In this document: positions 8,374 through 17,059 of the stretch, piece by piece | How positions within the stretch are numbered: position 1 is the stretch's first letter | Layout: every line of letters begins with the position of its first letter | NCBI RefSeq assembly: GCF_001457595.1 | Contig: NZ_LN831039.1 | Coordinates: forward strand, 5,850,001 to 5,882,000 | Reading direction: 5' to 3' | From: Mycolicibacterium smegmatis | GTDB lineage: Bacteria; Actinomycetota; Actinomycetes; Mycobacteriales; Mycobacteriaceae | DNA: 32,000 nt | Program-made: the position numbers and the translations under genes | The notes under the pieces: model-generated | What the model saw: the letters and a program-made list of their open reading frames with translations, nothing else | Databases searched by the model: none | Told to the model about the DNA's origin: nothing

Positions 8374-8739
8374 TCACGCCGTGCGGGCCGTGGCGATCTC
8401 CGGCGCGAGAGGGGCGATCGCGGCGATGATCTGGGAGGTGGTCGCGCCGGGCATACCGGCGGCGCTCAACGCGTCGCCGAGGTGTCCGGCGACGAGGTCG
8501 AAGTGGTGCATCGTGATACCGCGGCCCTGGTGGACCTGACGCATGGGCGCCCCGGTGTATTCGTCGGGCCCCCCGAGGGCGGTGGCGAAGAACTCGACCT
8601 GCCTGCCCTTGAGACGTGACATGTTGGTGCCGGTGAAGAACCCGGCAAGTTCGTCGTCGGCGAGTACGCGCCGGTAGAAGTCTTCGACGACGACCTCGAG
8701 TGCCTCCGCGCCGCCGATCTGCTCGTAGATGCTCGTCAT
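8374..8739 (-). CDS. glbN: group I truncated hemoglobin (trHbN)
   Basis: 121-aa product beginning [35 protein letters not shown]. The distal F-Y pair and the [11 protein letters not shown] proximal-His region are typical of trHbN. The longer track ORF (to 8925) adds a non-homologous N-terminus. Confidence 0.85.
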   Translation of the reverse strand: MTSIYEQIGGAEALEVVVEDFYRRVLADDELAGFFTGTNMSRLKGRQVEFFATALGGPDEYTGAPMRQVHQGRGITMHHFDLVAGHLGDALSAAGMPGATTSQIIAAIAPLAPEIATARTA

Positions 8740-8926
8740 GCGTTCAGCGTCGGAGAACCCCGTTGCCGCACCATTGCCCAGGCGTACCGGGTCCGCTACG
8801 TGCTGCTCACATGTCTTGTGAGTGCGTTGTGAAAACCGTGTGAGGACGTCACGAGTGCCGACGTCTCGCCTTGCGTGGTCAGTACAGTTAATCTCTGTGC
8901 TCGGGATCGAACGAAAGGGCCACACG

Positions 8927-9268
8927 ATGATCTTCCGGCGTCAGACCGCCTGGGCCGTCGCCGCGGCTGCCATCGCGTCCGGCGTGGCATTCGGTACCGC
9001 CCCCGCACACGCGTCGGTCGAGGACGACCGGTATCTGAAAATCGTCGAACAACTCGACATCCCGGGCGAACCCGAGGCCGCCATCCAGGTCGGCCATGAG
9101 ATCTGCAAGGCCGTGGAGGCCGGGAAGATCGAACCCGCCCGCACGGTCCGTGGCGTGATCAACCATCTGATGAACCAGGCCGGAATCAGCAAGGGGCAGG
9201 CCGCCGGCCTGGTCCGCGGCGCGGTCAGCGTCTACTGCCCGCAGTACACCTCACTGGTCGGGCGGTAG
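8927..9268 (+). CDS. DUF732 family secreted protein
   Basis: Signal peptide [29 protein letters not shown]. The mature part has the DUF732-like DDRYL...[11 protein letters not shown]...VYCPQY with two Cys. Confidence 0.7.
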   Translation: MIFRRQTAWAVAAAAIASGVAFGTAPAHASVEDDRYLKIVEQLDIPGEPEAAIQVGHEICKAVEAGKIEPARTVRGVINHLMNQAGISKGQAAGLVRGAVSVYCPQYTSLVGR

Positions 9269-9274
9269 CTCCGG

Positions 9275-10321
9275 CTACTTGGTGACCGCCGGGCAGTAAT
9301 GCCACGGGCTGTCGCGCGCGTCCAGCGGCGGCAGGTTGCGCGCCGGTGTCTCGACCAGCGGCGCATCGGCCGGGATGCGGCCCTGGGCACGGTCCCAGCC
9401 TGCGCGGGCACGCGGATGCCTGCGACGGCGCTCGGGCAGCATCTTGAACGTGTAGTGCACTGCCTTGCCGAACAGCCTGTGCAGCTTTTCGTCCCGGTCG
9501 GACCACGTGTAACCCATGAGCTCGCGCACCGGCGGGTCGTAAAGACCCACGGTGACCCAAACTGCGAACGGCCCAAGGATTTTCAGGTTCAGCTTCCACA
9601 ACCAGTCCGGAATCCACTCCAGTGACGGGTGTTTGGGCATGGTCGAGAGGTCGAGCACCTCGCGTGCCGCGTAGTTGTTCTCCAACACGTTGCGGCAGAT
9701 GTGATCCCAGTACTCCTGGAACTCCTCCCACGTTTTGGGCACCGGCCGCATGCTCATGCCGTACTGGCGGTACCAGACGATGTGCTCGTCGAACAGCTGC
9801 CGCTTCTGGTCCTCGGTGAGCCCGCCGCCGAACCGCTCGGCGGTCAGTATCGTGCCCATGAAGAACGTCGAGTGCGCCCAGTAGAAGACGTCGGGGTTCA
9901 GCGCGCTGTAGCGGCGCCCCTGCGAATCGACGCCCTTGATCCCGATGTGGTAACCGCGGACCTGCGCGCCGGTCTGCGGAGCCCGGTCACCGTCGAACAC
10001 GACACCACCGATCGGGTACAGCGAGCGCAGCAGACGCGGGATGCGTTCACGGAAGAAGATCGAGTGCTCCTCGACCGCGGCTCCCAGTTGCGGATGCATG
10101 TTCTGCATGGACCCGGCCCACGGACCCTGCAGCAGACCGCGCCAGTCACCGAAGATCTTCCAGGTCAGGGAGTCCGGGCCGAGGACCTCCGGCGGTGCCT
10201 CGTAGCCGCCGAGAGCCGCGGGGCACCCAGCGGCCGGGCGGGCGGATCCGCTGGTCACCGGGCACGTCTCAGAAGTATCTTGTGTCACAGGATCGCTTTC
10301 TGCCGCGTAAGCGGTAGCCAT
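9275..10321 (-). CDS. MpaB/DUF2236 family oxygenase-like protein
   Basis: 348 aa. Blocks such as LTWKIFGDWRGLL, MQNMHPQLGAAVEEHS and YWAHSTFF match my memory of the DUF2236 (MpaB / rubber-oxygenase catalytic domain) family. Confidence 0.7.
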   Translation of the reverse strand: MATAYAAESDPVTQDTSETCPVTSGSARPAAGCPAALGGYEAPPEVLGPDSLTWKIFGDWRGLLQGPWAGSMQNMHPQLGAAVEEHSIFFRERIPRLLRSLYPIGGVVFDGDRAPQTGAQVRGYHIGIKGVDSQGRRYSALNPDVFYWAHSTFFMGTILTAERFGGGLTEDQKRQLFDEHIVWYRQYGMSMRPVPKTWEEFQEYWDHICRNVLENNYAAREVLDLSTMPKHPSLEWIPDWLWKLNLKILGPFAVWVTVGLYDPPVRELMGYTWSDRDEKLHRLFGKAVHYTFKMLPERRRRHPRARAGWDRAQGRIPADAPLVETPARNLPPLDARDSPWHYCPAVTK

Positions 10322-10330
10322 TTCGGGTTT

Positions 10331-10348
10331 TGACTACGCGTGTTGTCA
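10331..10348. promoter_or_regulatory. imperfect palindrome in the MpaB/TetR divergent gap (candidate TetR operator)
   Basis: TGACTACGCGTGTTGTCA has 7 of 9 positions self-complementary. It lies in the 45-bp gap between start codons at 10321 (minus) and 10367 (plus). Confidence 0.35.
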
Positions 10349-10366
10349 TCGAGCTTAGGAGTACAT

Positions 10367-10951
10367 GTGCCGTCCGGTCAACGACGTGGCCGATGGTCAG
10401 GCGTCCCGTTGCGGGAGCGCACGGCCCTTCGCCGCGACGAACTGATCGCCGCCGGGGTGAAGTTGCTCGGCGCCGCCGACGGGCCGGCGTTGACGGTGCG
10501 CGCGGTCTGCCGGGAAGCCGGACTCACCGAGCGTTACTTCTACGAGTGCTTCAACGACCGCGACGGGTTCGTGCGCGCGGTGTACGACGACGTGTGCGCG
10601 ACGGCGATGTCGGCCCTCACGGCAGCGGACACCCCGCGCAAGGCCGTGGAGCAGTTCGTGTCACTCATGGTCGACGATCCGACGCGCGGCCGGGTCCTGC
10701 TGCTCGCGCCGGAGTCCGAGCCCGTGCTGACGCGGTCGGGCGCGGAGTGGATGCCGAACTTCATCGACCTGTTGCAGCGCAAGCTGACCCGCATCGCCGA
10801 CCCGGTGCGTCAGGCGATGGTCGCCACGAGTTTGATCGGTGCGCTGACGGCGTTGTTCACCGCCTATCTCAACGACCGACTGCCCGCCACGCGCGAACAG
10901 TTCATCGATTTCTGCGTCGACATGCTGCTCGGGCGCGTCGGGAGTTTCTAG
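10367..10951 (+). CDS. TetR family transcriptional regulator
   Basis: GTG 10367 lies 5 nt after AGGAG 10357-10361. The HTH is LTVRAVCREAGLTERYFYECFNDRD. The longest ORF starts at GTG 10340. Confidence 0.8.
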   Translation: MPSGQRRGRWSGVPLRERTALRRDELIAAGVKLLGAADGPALTVRAVCREAGLTERYFYECFNDRDGFVRAVYDDVCATAMSALTAADTPRKAVEQFVSLMVDDPTRGRVLLLAPESEPVLTRSGAEWMPNFIDLLQRKLTRIADPVRQAMVATSLIGALTALFTAYLNDRLPATREQFIDFCVDMLLGRVGSF

Positions 10952-10962
10952 GTTGTCGCCGG

Positions 10963-11397
10963 CTACTCGTCCGGCGTGCTGACCTCGGCGAGTTCGCTCT
11001 CTTCCGAGGTCGCCGCCTCGTCGGCGGCCTCCTTGGCCTCACGACCGAGCGTGCTCGCCACCGAGGCACCGGGGTTGGTGGCGGTGGCATGGTCTCCCGC
11101 GCAGTTCAACGACAGTTGAACGACGTTGTCACTGCGCTCCCAGTAGACGTCGTCGGTCATCGGCACGACAGCCGTCGTGGTCCACGCGTTGGTGACGATG
11201 CACTCGTCCTGCGGCAGCCGGCTTCCGACCGTGACGGCGACGTGCGGCGTCCCGCCGCCGTCCTCGATCGCGGTGACGGCATCCGAATAGGGCTGCCCGA
11301 CCACATCGGGGGCAGCCGCGGCCATTCCCGCGCCGCAGAATGCGAGCGCGCAACCTGCGGTCGAGACACCGAGAACAGTTCCGAGTTCGATCTTCAT
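10963..11397 (-). CDS. small secreted protein, PASTA-like domain plus acidic C-terminal tail (paralog 1 of 3)
   Basis: Signal peptide ending AAA|APDVVG. The mature part is PDVVGQPYSDAVTAIEDGGG...CIVTNAW...LSLNCAGDHATATNPGASVAS..REAKEAADEA..EVSTPDE. GGAAGG lies 10 nt upstream of the ATG. Confidence 0.7.
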   Translation of the reverse strand: MKIELGTVLGVSTAGCALAFCGAGMAAAAPDVVGQPYSDAVTAIEDGGGTPHVAVTVGSRLPQDECIVTNAWTTTAVVPMTDDVYWERSDNVVQLSLNCAGDHATATNPGASVASTLGREAKEAADEAATSEESELAEVSTPDE

Positions 11398-11478
11398 CTG
11401 GTGCGGCCTTCCCTATCCGGTGATCACTCCCGGAGAGGCGGGGCGGCCAGCGCCAGATCGTGCTCTCAGTCGCCCCCG

Positions 11479-11500
11479 GCGCACGGCATGGGCCGTGCGC
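11479..11500 (-). terminator. GC-rich hairpin downstream of paralog 2
   Basis: GCGCACGGC (4-nt loop) GCCGTGCGC forms a perfect 9-bp stem. There is no U tract, so this would be a mycobacterial I-shaped type of terminator. Confidence 0.35.
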
Positions 11501-11565
11501 TTCCAGGAGCTACCAGGAATTTTAGTACTCGGAGCCACCGAGGGGATGGGCCCGAACGCGCCCGA

Positions 11566-12000
11566 TCACTCGTCGGGGGTGCTGACCTCTTCGAGGCCTT
11601 CCTGCTCTTCGGCGGCCGCCTCGTCGGCGGCGGCCTTGGCCTCGCGCCCGGCCGGGCTGGCGACCGAAGCACCCGGGTTGGTGGCGGTGGCGTGGTCGCC
11701 GTCGCAGTTGAGCGCGACCATCACCTCGCCGTCGGCGTGGCCGAATTCGCCACCGACGTCACGCATGAACGGGGCGTCCCAGGCGTTGGTGACGATGCAG
11801 TCGTCCTGAGACAGCTTGCTGCCCACGGTGACCGCGATCTTGGGCGAGCTTCCGGAGTCCTCGATCGCCGACGACGCATCCGCATAGGTCTCGCCCACGA
11901 CGTCAGGGGCGGCCGCAGCGATGCCCGCACCGAACAGTGCGGTCGAGATCGACGCGGCCGCACCCGCGGCCCCCACCACGACGAGTTTCTTGATGTTCAC
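11566..12000 (-). CDS. small secreted protein, PASTA-like domain plus acidic tail (paralog 2 of 3)
   Basis: ATG 12000 has AAGGAG 5 nt upstream. It has the same architecture and a near-identical C-terminal third as its neighbours (GDHATATNPGASVASPAGREAKAAADEA...EEVSTPDE). Confidence 0.7.
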   Translation of the reverse strand: MNIKKLVVVGAAGAAASISTALFGAGIAAAAPDVVGETYADASSAIEDSGSSPKIAVTVGSKLSQDDCIVTNAWDAPFMRDVGGEFGHADGEVMVALNCDGDHATATNPGASVASPAGREAKAAADEAAAEEQEGLEEVSTPDE

Positions 12001-12055
12001 GCTGACTCCTTTTCCCCCCGAGTACGCACTACCGATCAGGGGGAGAGTACCCAGC

Positions 12056-12073
12056 CGAGCGCGCGAGCGCTCG
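12056..12073 (-). terminator. short GC hairpin downstream of paralog 3
   Basis: CGAGCGC (GCGA loop on the plus strand) GCGCTCG gives a 7-bp stem. Confidence 0.25.
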
Positions 12074-12111
12074 TGAACATCAAGCGAATCTTGCGAGAAG
12101 AAAAGTACGAC

Positions 12112-12525
12112 TCACTCGTCGGGTGTGCTGACCTCTTCGAGGGCAGATTCCTCGGCCGCCGAGGCCTCGTCGGCGGCGGCCTTCGCCTCGCGCCCGAGCG
12201 GGCTGGCGACCGATGCGCCAGGGTTGGTGGCGGTGGCGTGGTCACCGTCGCAGTTCAGCGACACCATCACCACACCACCGGTGTGCTCGAACGTGGGCGC
12301 GTTCCATGCGTTGGTCACGATGCAGTCGTCCTGCGGCAATTTGCTGCCCACGGTGACCGCGATCTTGGGCGAGCCTCCGGAGTCCGAAATGGCCGAGGCG
12401 GCATCCCCGAACGTCGCCCCCACCACATCCGGCGCCGCGGCCGCGGTCCCCGCTCCGAAAACCAGGGTTGCGGTCGCACCGGCGGCAACCGCCGCCGAGG
12501 CCCCAAGAATGCTGCGCTTGTTCAC
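12112..12525 (-). CDS. small secreted protein, PASTA-like domain plus acidic tail (paralog 3 of 3)
   Basis: The preferred start is GTG 12525, with GGAGG 10 nt upstream, giving VNKRSILGASAAVAAG... The signal peptide aligns with the other two paralogs. The track ORF extends to a TTG at 12579. Confidence 0.7.
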   Translation of the reverse strand: MNKRSILGASAAVAAGATATLVFGAGTAAAAPDVVGATFGDAASAISDSGGSPKIAVTVGSKLPQDDCIVTNAWNAPTFEHTGGVVMVSLNCDGDHATATNPGASVASPLGREAKAAADEASAAEESALEEVSTPDE

Positions 12526-12661
12526 GTGTGCCCGACCTCCGAGTCTGGGTAACCGAGGGGATGGATGGCTGTCGGGCAAACAAGATCGCTCGACGGCTGA
12601 GCGGATCGTACCGTCATCCCCCGCGTGGCGCAGGGCGCATTGCGGCGCCCCCTGGCGTAAC

Positions 12662-12690
12662 TTGATGTCACCGGGTTACACAGATATATT
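12662..12690 (+). promoter_or_regulatory. candidate sigma-A-type promoter of desA1
   Basis: TTGATG (12662-12667), a 17-nt spacer, then TATATT (12685-12690). It lies in a conspicuously AT-rich stretch about 40 nt upstream of ATG 12731. Confidence 0.45.
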
Positions 12691-12730
12691 GACTGCAACC
12701 ACTAGGTACAGATAACTGGGAGAGGGCGCG

Positions 12731-13735
12731 ATGTCGACCGACGATTACACCGACCTCCAGCTCCTGCATGAACTCGAGCCTGTCGTCGAGACCCTCATCG
12801 ACCGCCACATGCGGATGTGCAAGGACTGGAACCCCCACGACTACATCCCGTGGTCCGACGGCAAGAACTATTACGCACTCGGCGGCCAGGACTGGGATCC
12901 GGAGCAGTCGAAACTGTCCGAGGTCGCACGGACCGCCATGGTGCAGAACCTGCTCACCGAGGACAACCTGCCCTCCTACCACCGCGAGATCGCGATGAAC
13001 ATGGGCATGGACGGCGCCTGGGGCCAGTGGGTCAACCGCTGGACCGCCGAGGAGAACCGCCACGGCATCGCGCTGCGCGACTACCTGGTCGTCACGCGTG
13101 CGTGCGATCCGGTTGAGCTCGAAGAGCTGCGCGTCGAGCAGGTCACCCGCGGCTTCTCGCCCGGCCAGAACCAGCAGGGCGACCTGTTTGCCGAGAGCCT
13201 GTTCGACTCGGTCATGTACGTGTCGTTCCAGGAGCTCGCGACCCGCGTGTCGCACCGCAACACCGGTAAGGCCTGCAACGATCCGGTCGCCGACCAGCTG
13301 CTGCAGCGCGTCTCGGCCGACGAGAACCTGCACATGATCTTCTACCGCGATGTGTCGGCAGCCGGCCTCGACATCGCGCCGAACCAGGCCATGGCGTCGC
13401 TGCACCGCGTGCTCGCGAACTTCAAGATGCCCGGCTACACGGTGCCCGACTTCCGCCGCAAGGCCGTCGTCATCGCCGTCGGCGGCGTGTACGACCCGCG
13501 CATCCACCTCGACGACGTCGTGATGCCGGTGCTCCGCAAGTGGCGGATCTTCGAGCGCGAGGACTTCACCGGTGAGGGCGCGCGCCTGCGTGACGACCTC
13601 GGCCGGCTCGTCGAAGAGCTCGAGGACGCCTGCGACAAGTTCGAGGTCGCCAAGGAGCGCCGCCTCGAGCGCGAGCGCAAGATGGCCGAGAAGCGGGAAA
13701 TGAAGAACCTGCTCGTCTCGTCTTCTTCTTCGTGA
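12731..13735 (+). CDS. desA1: acyl-ACP (stearoyl) desaturase DesA1
   Basis: The di-iron motifs TAEENRHG and ADENLHM are present. Long stretches match my memory of M. tuberculosis DesA1 (DLQLLHELEPVVE..., NPHDYIPWSDGKNYYALGGQDWDP, NLPSYHREIAMNMGMDGAWGQWVNRWTAEENRHGIALRDYLVVTR). Confidence 0.9.
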   Translation: MSTDDYTDLQLLHELEPVVETLIDRHMRMCKDWNPHDYIPWSDGKNYYALGGQDWDPEQSKLSEVARTAMVQNLLTEDNLPSYHREIAMNMGMDGAWGQWVNRWTAEENRHGIALRDYLVVTRACDPVELEELRVEQVTRGFSPGQNQQGDLFAESLFDSVMYVSFQELATRVSHRNTGKACNDPVADQLLQRVSADENLHMIFYRDVSAAGLDIAPNQAMASLHRVLANFKMPGYTVPDFRRKAVVIAVGGVYDPRIHLDDVVMPVLRKWRIFEREDFTGEGARLRDDLGRLVEELEDACDKFEVAKERRLERERKMAEKREMKNLLVSSSSS

Positions 13736-14901
13736 GCCTGACAGCCCTCGATCCGACCCGGTCTGCACTGCAGATCGGGTCGATCGCATTGCACAGCCCC
13801 GTCGTCCTCGCGCCCATGGCGGGCGTGACCAACGTGGCGTTCCGCACGTTGTGCCGGGAACTGGAGATCGCCCGCGCGGGCACCGTGAGCGGTCTGTACG
13901 TGTGCGAGATGGTGACCGCCCGCGCACTCGTCGAGCGCCACCCCGTGACGATGCACATGACAACGTTCGCGCCCGAGGAGTCGCCGCGGTCGCTGCAGCT
14001 GTACACCGTGGACCCGGAGAACACCTACAAGGCCGCCAAGATGATCGTCGAGGAGAACCTCGCCGACCACATCGACATGAACTTCGGCTGCCCGGTGCCC
14101 AAGGTGACCAAGCGCGGCGGCGGCGCGGCCCTGCCGTACAAGCGGCGCCTGTTCGGTCAGATCGTCGCGGCCGCGGTCCGCGCGACCGAGGGCACCGACA
14201 TCCCGGTGACGGTCAAGTTCCGCATCGGCATCGACGACGAGCACCACACGCATCTCGACGCCGGGCGCATCGCGGCCGAGGAAGGCGCGGCCGCGGTCGC
14301 GCTGCATGCCCGCACAGCCGCACAGCGCTACTCCGGAACCGCCGACTGGGAGCAGATCGCTGCCCTCAAGGCACACGTGACCGACATCCCGGTCCTGGGC
14401 AACGGAGACATCTTCGAAGCCGACGACGCGCTGGCCATGATGGACGCGACCGGATGCGACGGCGTGGTGATCGGGCGCGGGTGCCTCGGCCGCCCCTGGC
14501 TGTTCGCGGAACTGTCCGCGGCGTTCAACAACCGGCCCATCCCGACCCCACCCACCCTGGGCGAGGTCGCCGACATCGTGCGCCGCCACGGCGAACTGCT
14601 CAGCCTGCACTTCGGCGAGGACAAGGGCATGCGCGACATCCGCAAACACGTCGCGTGGTACCTGCACGGGTTTCCCGCGGGTGCCGACCTGCGCCGCGCG
14701 CTGGCACTGGTGAAGACGCGCCGCGAGCTCGACGAGCTGCTCGACCAGCTCGACCGTGACGCCCCGTTCCCGCCCGCGGCCACCGGTCCGCGCGGCAGGC
14801 AGGGCTCGGCGTCTTCGGTCCACCTGCCCGAGGGCTGGCTCGACGACCCCGACGACTGCGCGGTGCCCGTCGGCGCCGATGTCATGCACTCGGGCGGCTG
14901 A
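13732..14901 (+). CDS. dus: tRNA-dihydrouridine synthase
   Basis: LAPMAGVTNVAFR, the NFGCPVPKV catalytic-Cys block and the TIM-barrel FMN layout are present. The GTG start overlaps the desA1 stop (GTGA at 13732-13735). Confidence 0.9.
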   Translation: MSLTALDPTRSALQIGSIALHSPVVLAPMAGVTNVAFRTLCRELEIARAGTVSGLYVCEMVTARALVERHPVTMHMTTFAPEESPRSLQLYTVDPENTYKAAKMIVEENLADHIDMNFGCPVPKVTKRGGGAALPYKRRLFGQIVAAAVRATEGTDIPVTVKFRIGIDDEHHTHLDAGRIAAEEGAAAVALHARTAAQRYSGTADWEQIAALKAHVTDIPVLGNGDIFEADDALAMMDATGCDGVVIGRGCLGRPWLFAELSAAFNNRPIPTPPTLGEVADIVRRHGELLSLHFGEDKGMRDIRKHVAWYLHGFPAGADLRRALALVKTRRELDELLDQLDRDAPFPPAATGPRGRQGSASSVHLPEGWLDDPDDCAVPVGADVMHSGG

Positions 14902-15127
14902 CCTGGCATGACGGGCCCGAGACCCCTTCGAGATCATCCCGTCATCGGCTGTGACTGGCTGGCTCCAAGGTTGTCTAAGTACGATGTTGATCTTGCCGTG
15001 GTCGGCTCCGAGTGGCGGAGTCTCACGGTGTGCTGCTAGAAGACATAGAGAAATTTTCGGCAGCAGCGCCCGCCAACATCACCGCGCACCGACGCGCGCT
15101 GTTCGAACAGTCGGAGGCCGATAGGAC

Positions 15128-17059
15128 ATGAGTGACGGCGATAACGCCACTCCTGGCCGTCGGCGCCACCGCGCCCCGGAAGACGGCTTCACAACCAGTG
15201 GCGAGACCGGCCGGGACGCCGACAGTGAATGGATTACCCGAACGCCGCGGCCTTTACCAGGCGCCGCGCCGTGGGAGCGTCTCGACGACGCGCAATACAC
15301 CGAGGCCCCCGGGCAGCACGCGTCCACCGGCGAGCCGGCGAACGATCCGGTGGACGACGACGCCGAGCCCACCGGCAACCACGCCGACGGTGTCACGGTC
15401 GCCGATCTGATCGCCAAGGTCGCCGGGAGCGACGGCGCCACACCGCGCCGGTCACGGCGGCGACGGGCGGCAGAACCCGACCCCGAGCCCGAGATCCAGC
15501 CGGTTGCGTCGGAACCGCCCGCGTCGGCCGACCCCACCGAGGTCCTGCAGGCGATCCGATACGACGGGTATCCGGGTGGCCACGCGGGTGAGTACCCCGG
15601 CGACCATCCCGACGATGCCTACGCGGGCGCCGCGGATCCGAACCTCAACTCCATCTTCGAACCGGCGTTCGCGCCGATGCCGTTCACCGGCGTGGCTGCC
15701 GCACACCCCGATCTCGACTCATGCGACACCGAGATCATCCCGGCGGTCCCCGCGGCCGACGAGCACGCCGATCTGCCCGACACACATCGTGGTCCCTGGC
15801 GTCGCCGCACACGCCCGCAGCACGTGGGCACCGACGACTTCGACGAACCCCACACACGCCATCCCAACCGCAAGGCCATGATCGTGGGCCGTGCGGCGGC
15901 CGCGATGATCGCGGCACTGACACTCGTGCTGACCGGCGGCGCGTGGCAGTGGCAGTCGTCGAAGAACGACTCCCTCAACAAGGTGGCCGCGCTCGACCTG
16001 GGATCTCGCGACATCCTCGACCCCACCGCGCAGTTCGGTGACGAGAATTTCCTCATCGTCGGCATGGACAGCCGCTTCGGCGAGAACTCGCAGATGGGCG
16101 CGGGCAGCACCGACGACGCCGACGGCGCCCGCTCGGACACCATCATGCTGGTGAACATCCCCGCCAGCCGCGAACGCGTCGTGGCGGTGTCGTTCCCGCG
16201 TGACCTGGCCATCACGCCCATGAAGTGCGAGCCGTGGGATCCCGAGACCGGGACGTACGGCCCCGTGTGGGACGAGGCGTCGGGCACGTACGGCCCCGAC
16301 GAGGTCTACACCGAGACCAAGCTGAACTCGGCGTTCGCGTTCGGCGGCCCCAAGTGCCTGGTGAAGGTGATCCAGAAGATCTCCGGTCTGTCCGTCAACC
16401 GGTTCATGGCGGTCGACTTCGCCGGGTTCTCGAAGATGGTCGACGCGCTCGGCGGTGTCGAGGTGTGCAGCACCACGCCGCTGGAGGACTACGAGCTCGG
16501 CACCGTGCTGGCCAACGCGGGCAGACAGATCGTCGACGGGCACACCGCGCTGAACTACGTGCGCGCCCGGCAGGTCACCACCGAGTACAACGGCGACTAC
16601 GGCCGCATCAAACGCCAGCAGTTGTTCCTGTCGTCGCTGCTGCGCTCGCTGATCTCCAAGGACACGTTCTTCTCGTTGAGCAAGCTCAACAACGTCGTCA
16701 ACATGTTCATCGCCGACAGCTACGTCGACAACATCAAGACCAAGGACCTCGTCGACCTCGGGCAGTCGGTGCAGGGCGTCAACGCCGGTCGCATCACGTT
16801 CGTGACCATCCCGACCACGGGTTACGCCGACGAGTGGGGCAACGAGCAGCCGCGAATGGACGACGTGCGGGCGCTGTTCGACGCGATCATCAACGACGAC
16901 CCGCTGCCCGGGGAGAAGAACCCGGACAACACGCCCGTCCCGGGCACCCCCGAGTCGGCCACCAACGCCGCTCAGGCGCCGGAGGCCCCGAGGCCAGCGG
17001 CACGCCGCAGACCGAGGCGGCGCCCGCTCCCGAGTCCGCCGAGATGGTCGACACCGTGA
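15128..17059 (+). CDS. LCP (LytR-CpsA-Psr) family cell-wall glycopolymer ligase; the 3' part of the reading frame looks disrupted
   Basis: A disordered N-terminus and a TM segment (MIVGRAAAAMIAALTLVLTGGAW) precede the LCP core (FLIVGMDSR...RSDTIMLVNIP...SFPRDL...GHTALNYVRAR). After about 16990 the frame turns into an Arg/Pro-rich stretch with rare AGG/AGA codons up to TGA 17057-17059. Confidence 0.8.
   Translation: MSDGDNATPGRRRHRAPEDGFTTSGETGRDADSEWITRTPRPLPGAAPWERLDDAQYTEAPGQHASTGEPANDPVDDDAEPTGNHADGVTVADLIAKVAGSDGATPRRSRRRRAAEPDPEPEIQPVASEPPASADPTEVLQAIRYDGYPGGHAGEYPGDHPDDAYAGAADPNLNSIFEPAFAPMPFTGVAAAHPDLDSCDTEIIPAVPAADEHADLPDTHRGPWRRRTRPQHVGTDDFDEPHTRHPNRKAMIVGRAAAAMIAALTLVLTGGAWQWQSSKNDSLNKVAALDLGSRDILDPTAQFGDENFLIVGMDSRFGENSQMGAGSTDDADGARSDTIMLVNIPASRERVVAVSFPRDLAITPMKCEPWDPETGTYGPVWDEASGTYGPDEVYTETKLNSAFAFGGPKCLVKVIQKISGLSVNRFMAVDFAGFSKMVDALGGVEVCSTTPLEDYELGTVLANAGRQIVDGHTALNYVRARQVTTEYNGDYGRIKRQQLFLSSLLRSLISKDTFFSLSKLNNVVNMFIADSYVDNIKTKDLVDLGQSVQGVNAGRITFVTIPTTGYADEWGNEQPRMDDVRALFDAIINDDPLPGEKNPDNTPVPGTPESATNAAQAPEAPRPAARRRPRRRPLPSPPRWSTP

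Noticed and set aside
10330-12552. 740-aa plus-strand ORF spanning the TetR gene and all three secreted-protein paralogs
   Set aside because: The product is Arg/Gly/Ala-rich low-complexity sequence with no recognisable domain. It lies antisense to three well-supported genes with signal peptides and SD sites, and out of frame with the TetR gene. Long stop-free antisense frames are expected at this GC content.
12668-14937. Minus-strand ORFs of 431 and 500 aa opposite desA1 and dus
   Set aside because: desA1 and dus are unambiguous by motif and homology. The antisense ORFs have non-coding-like composition.
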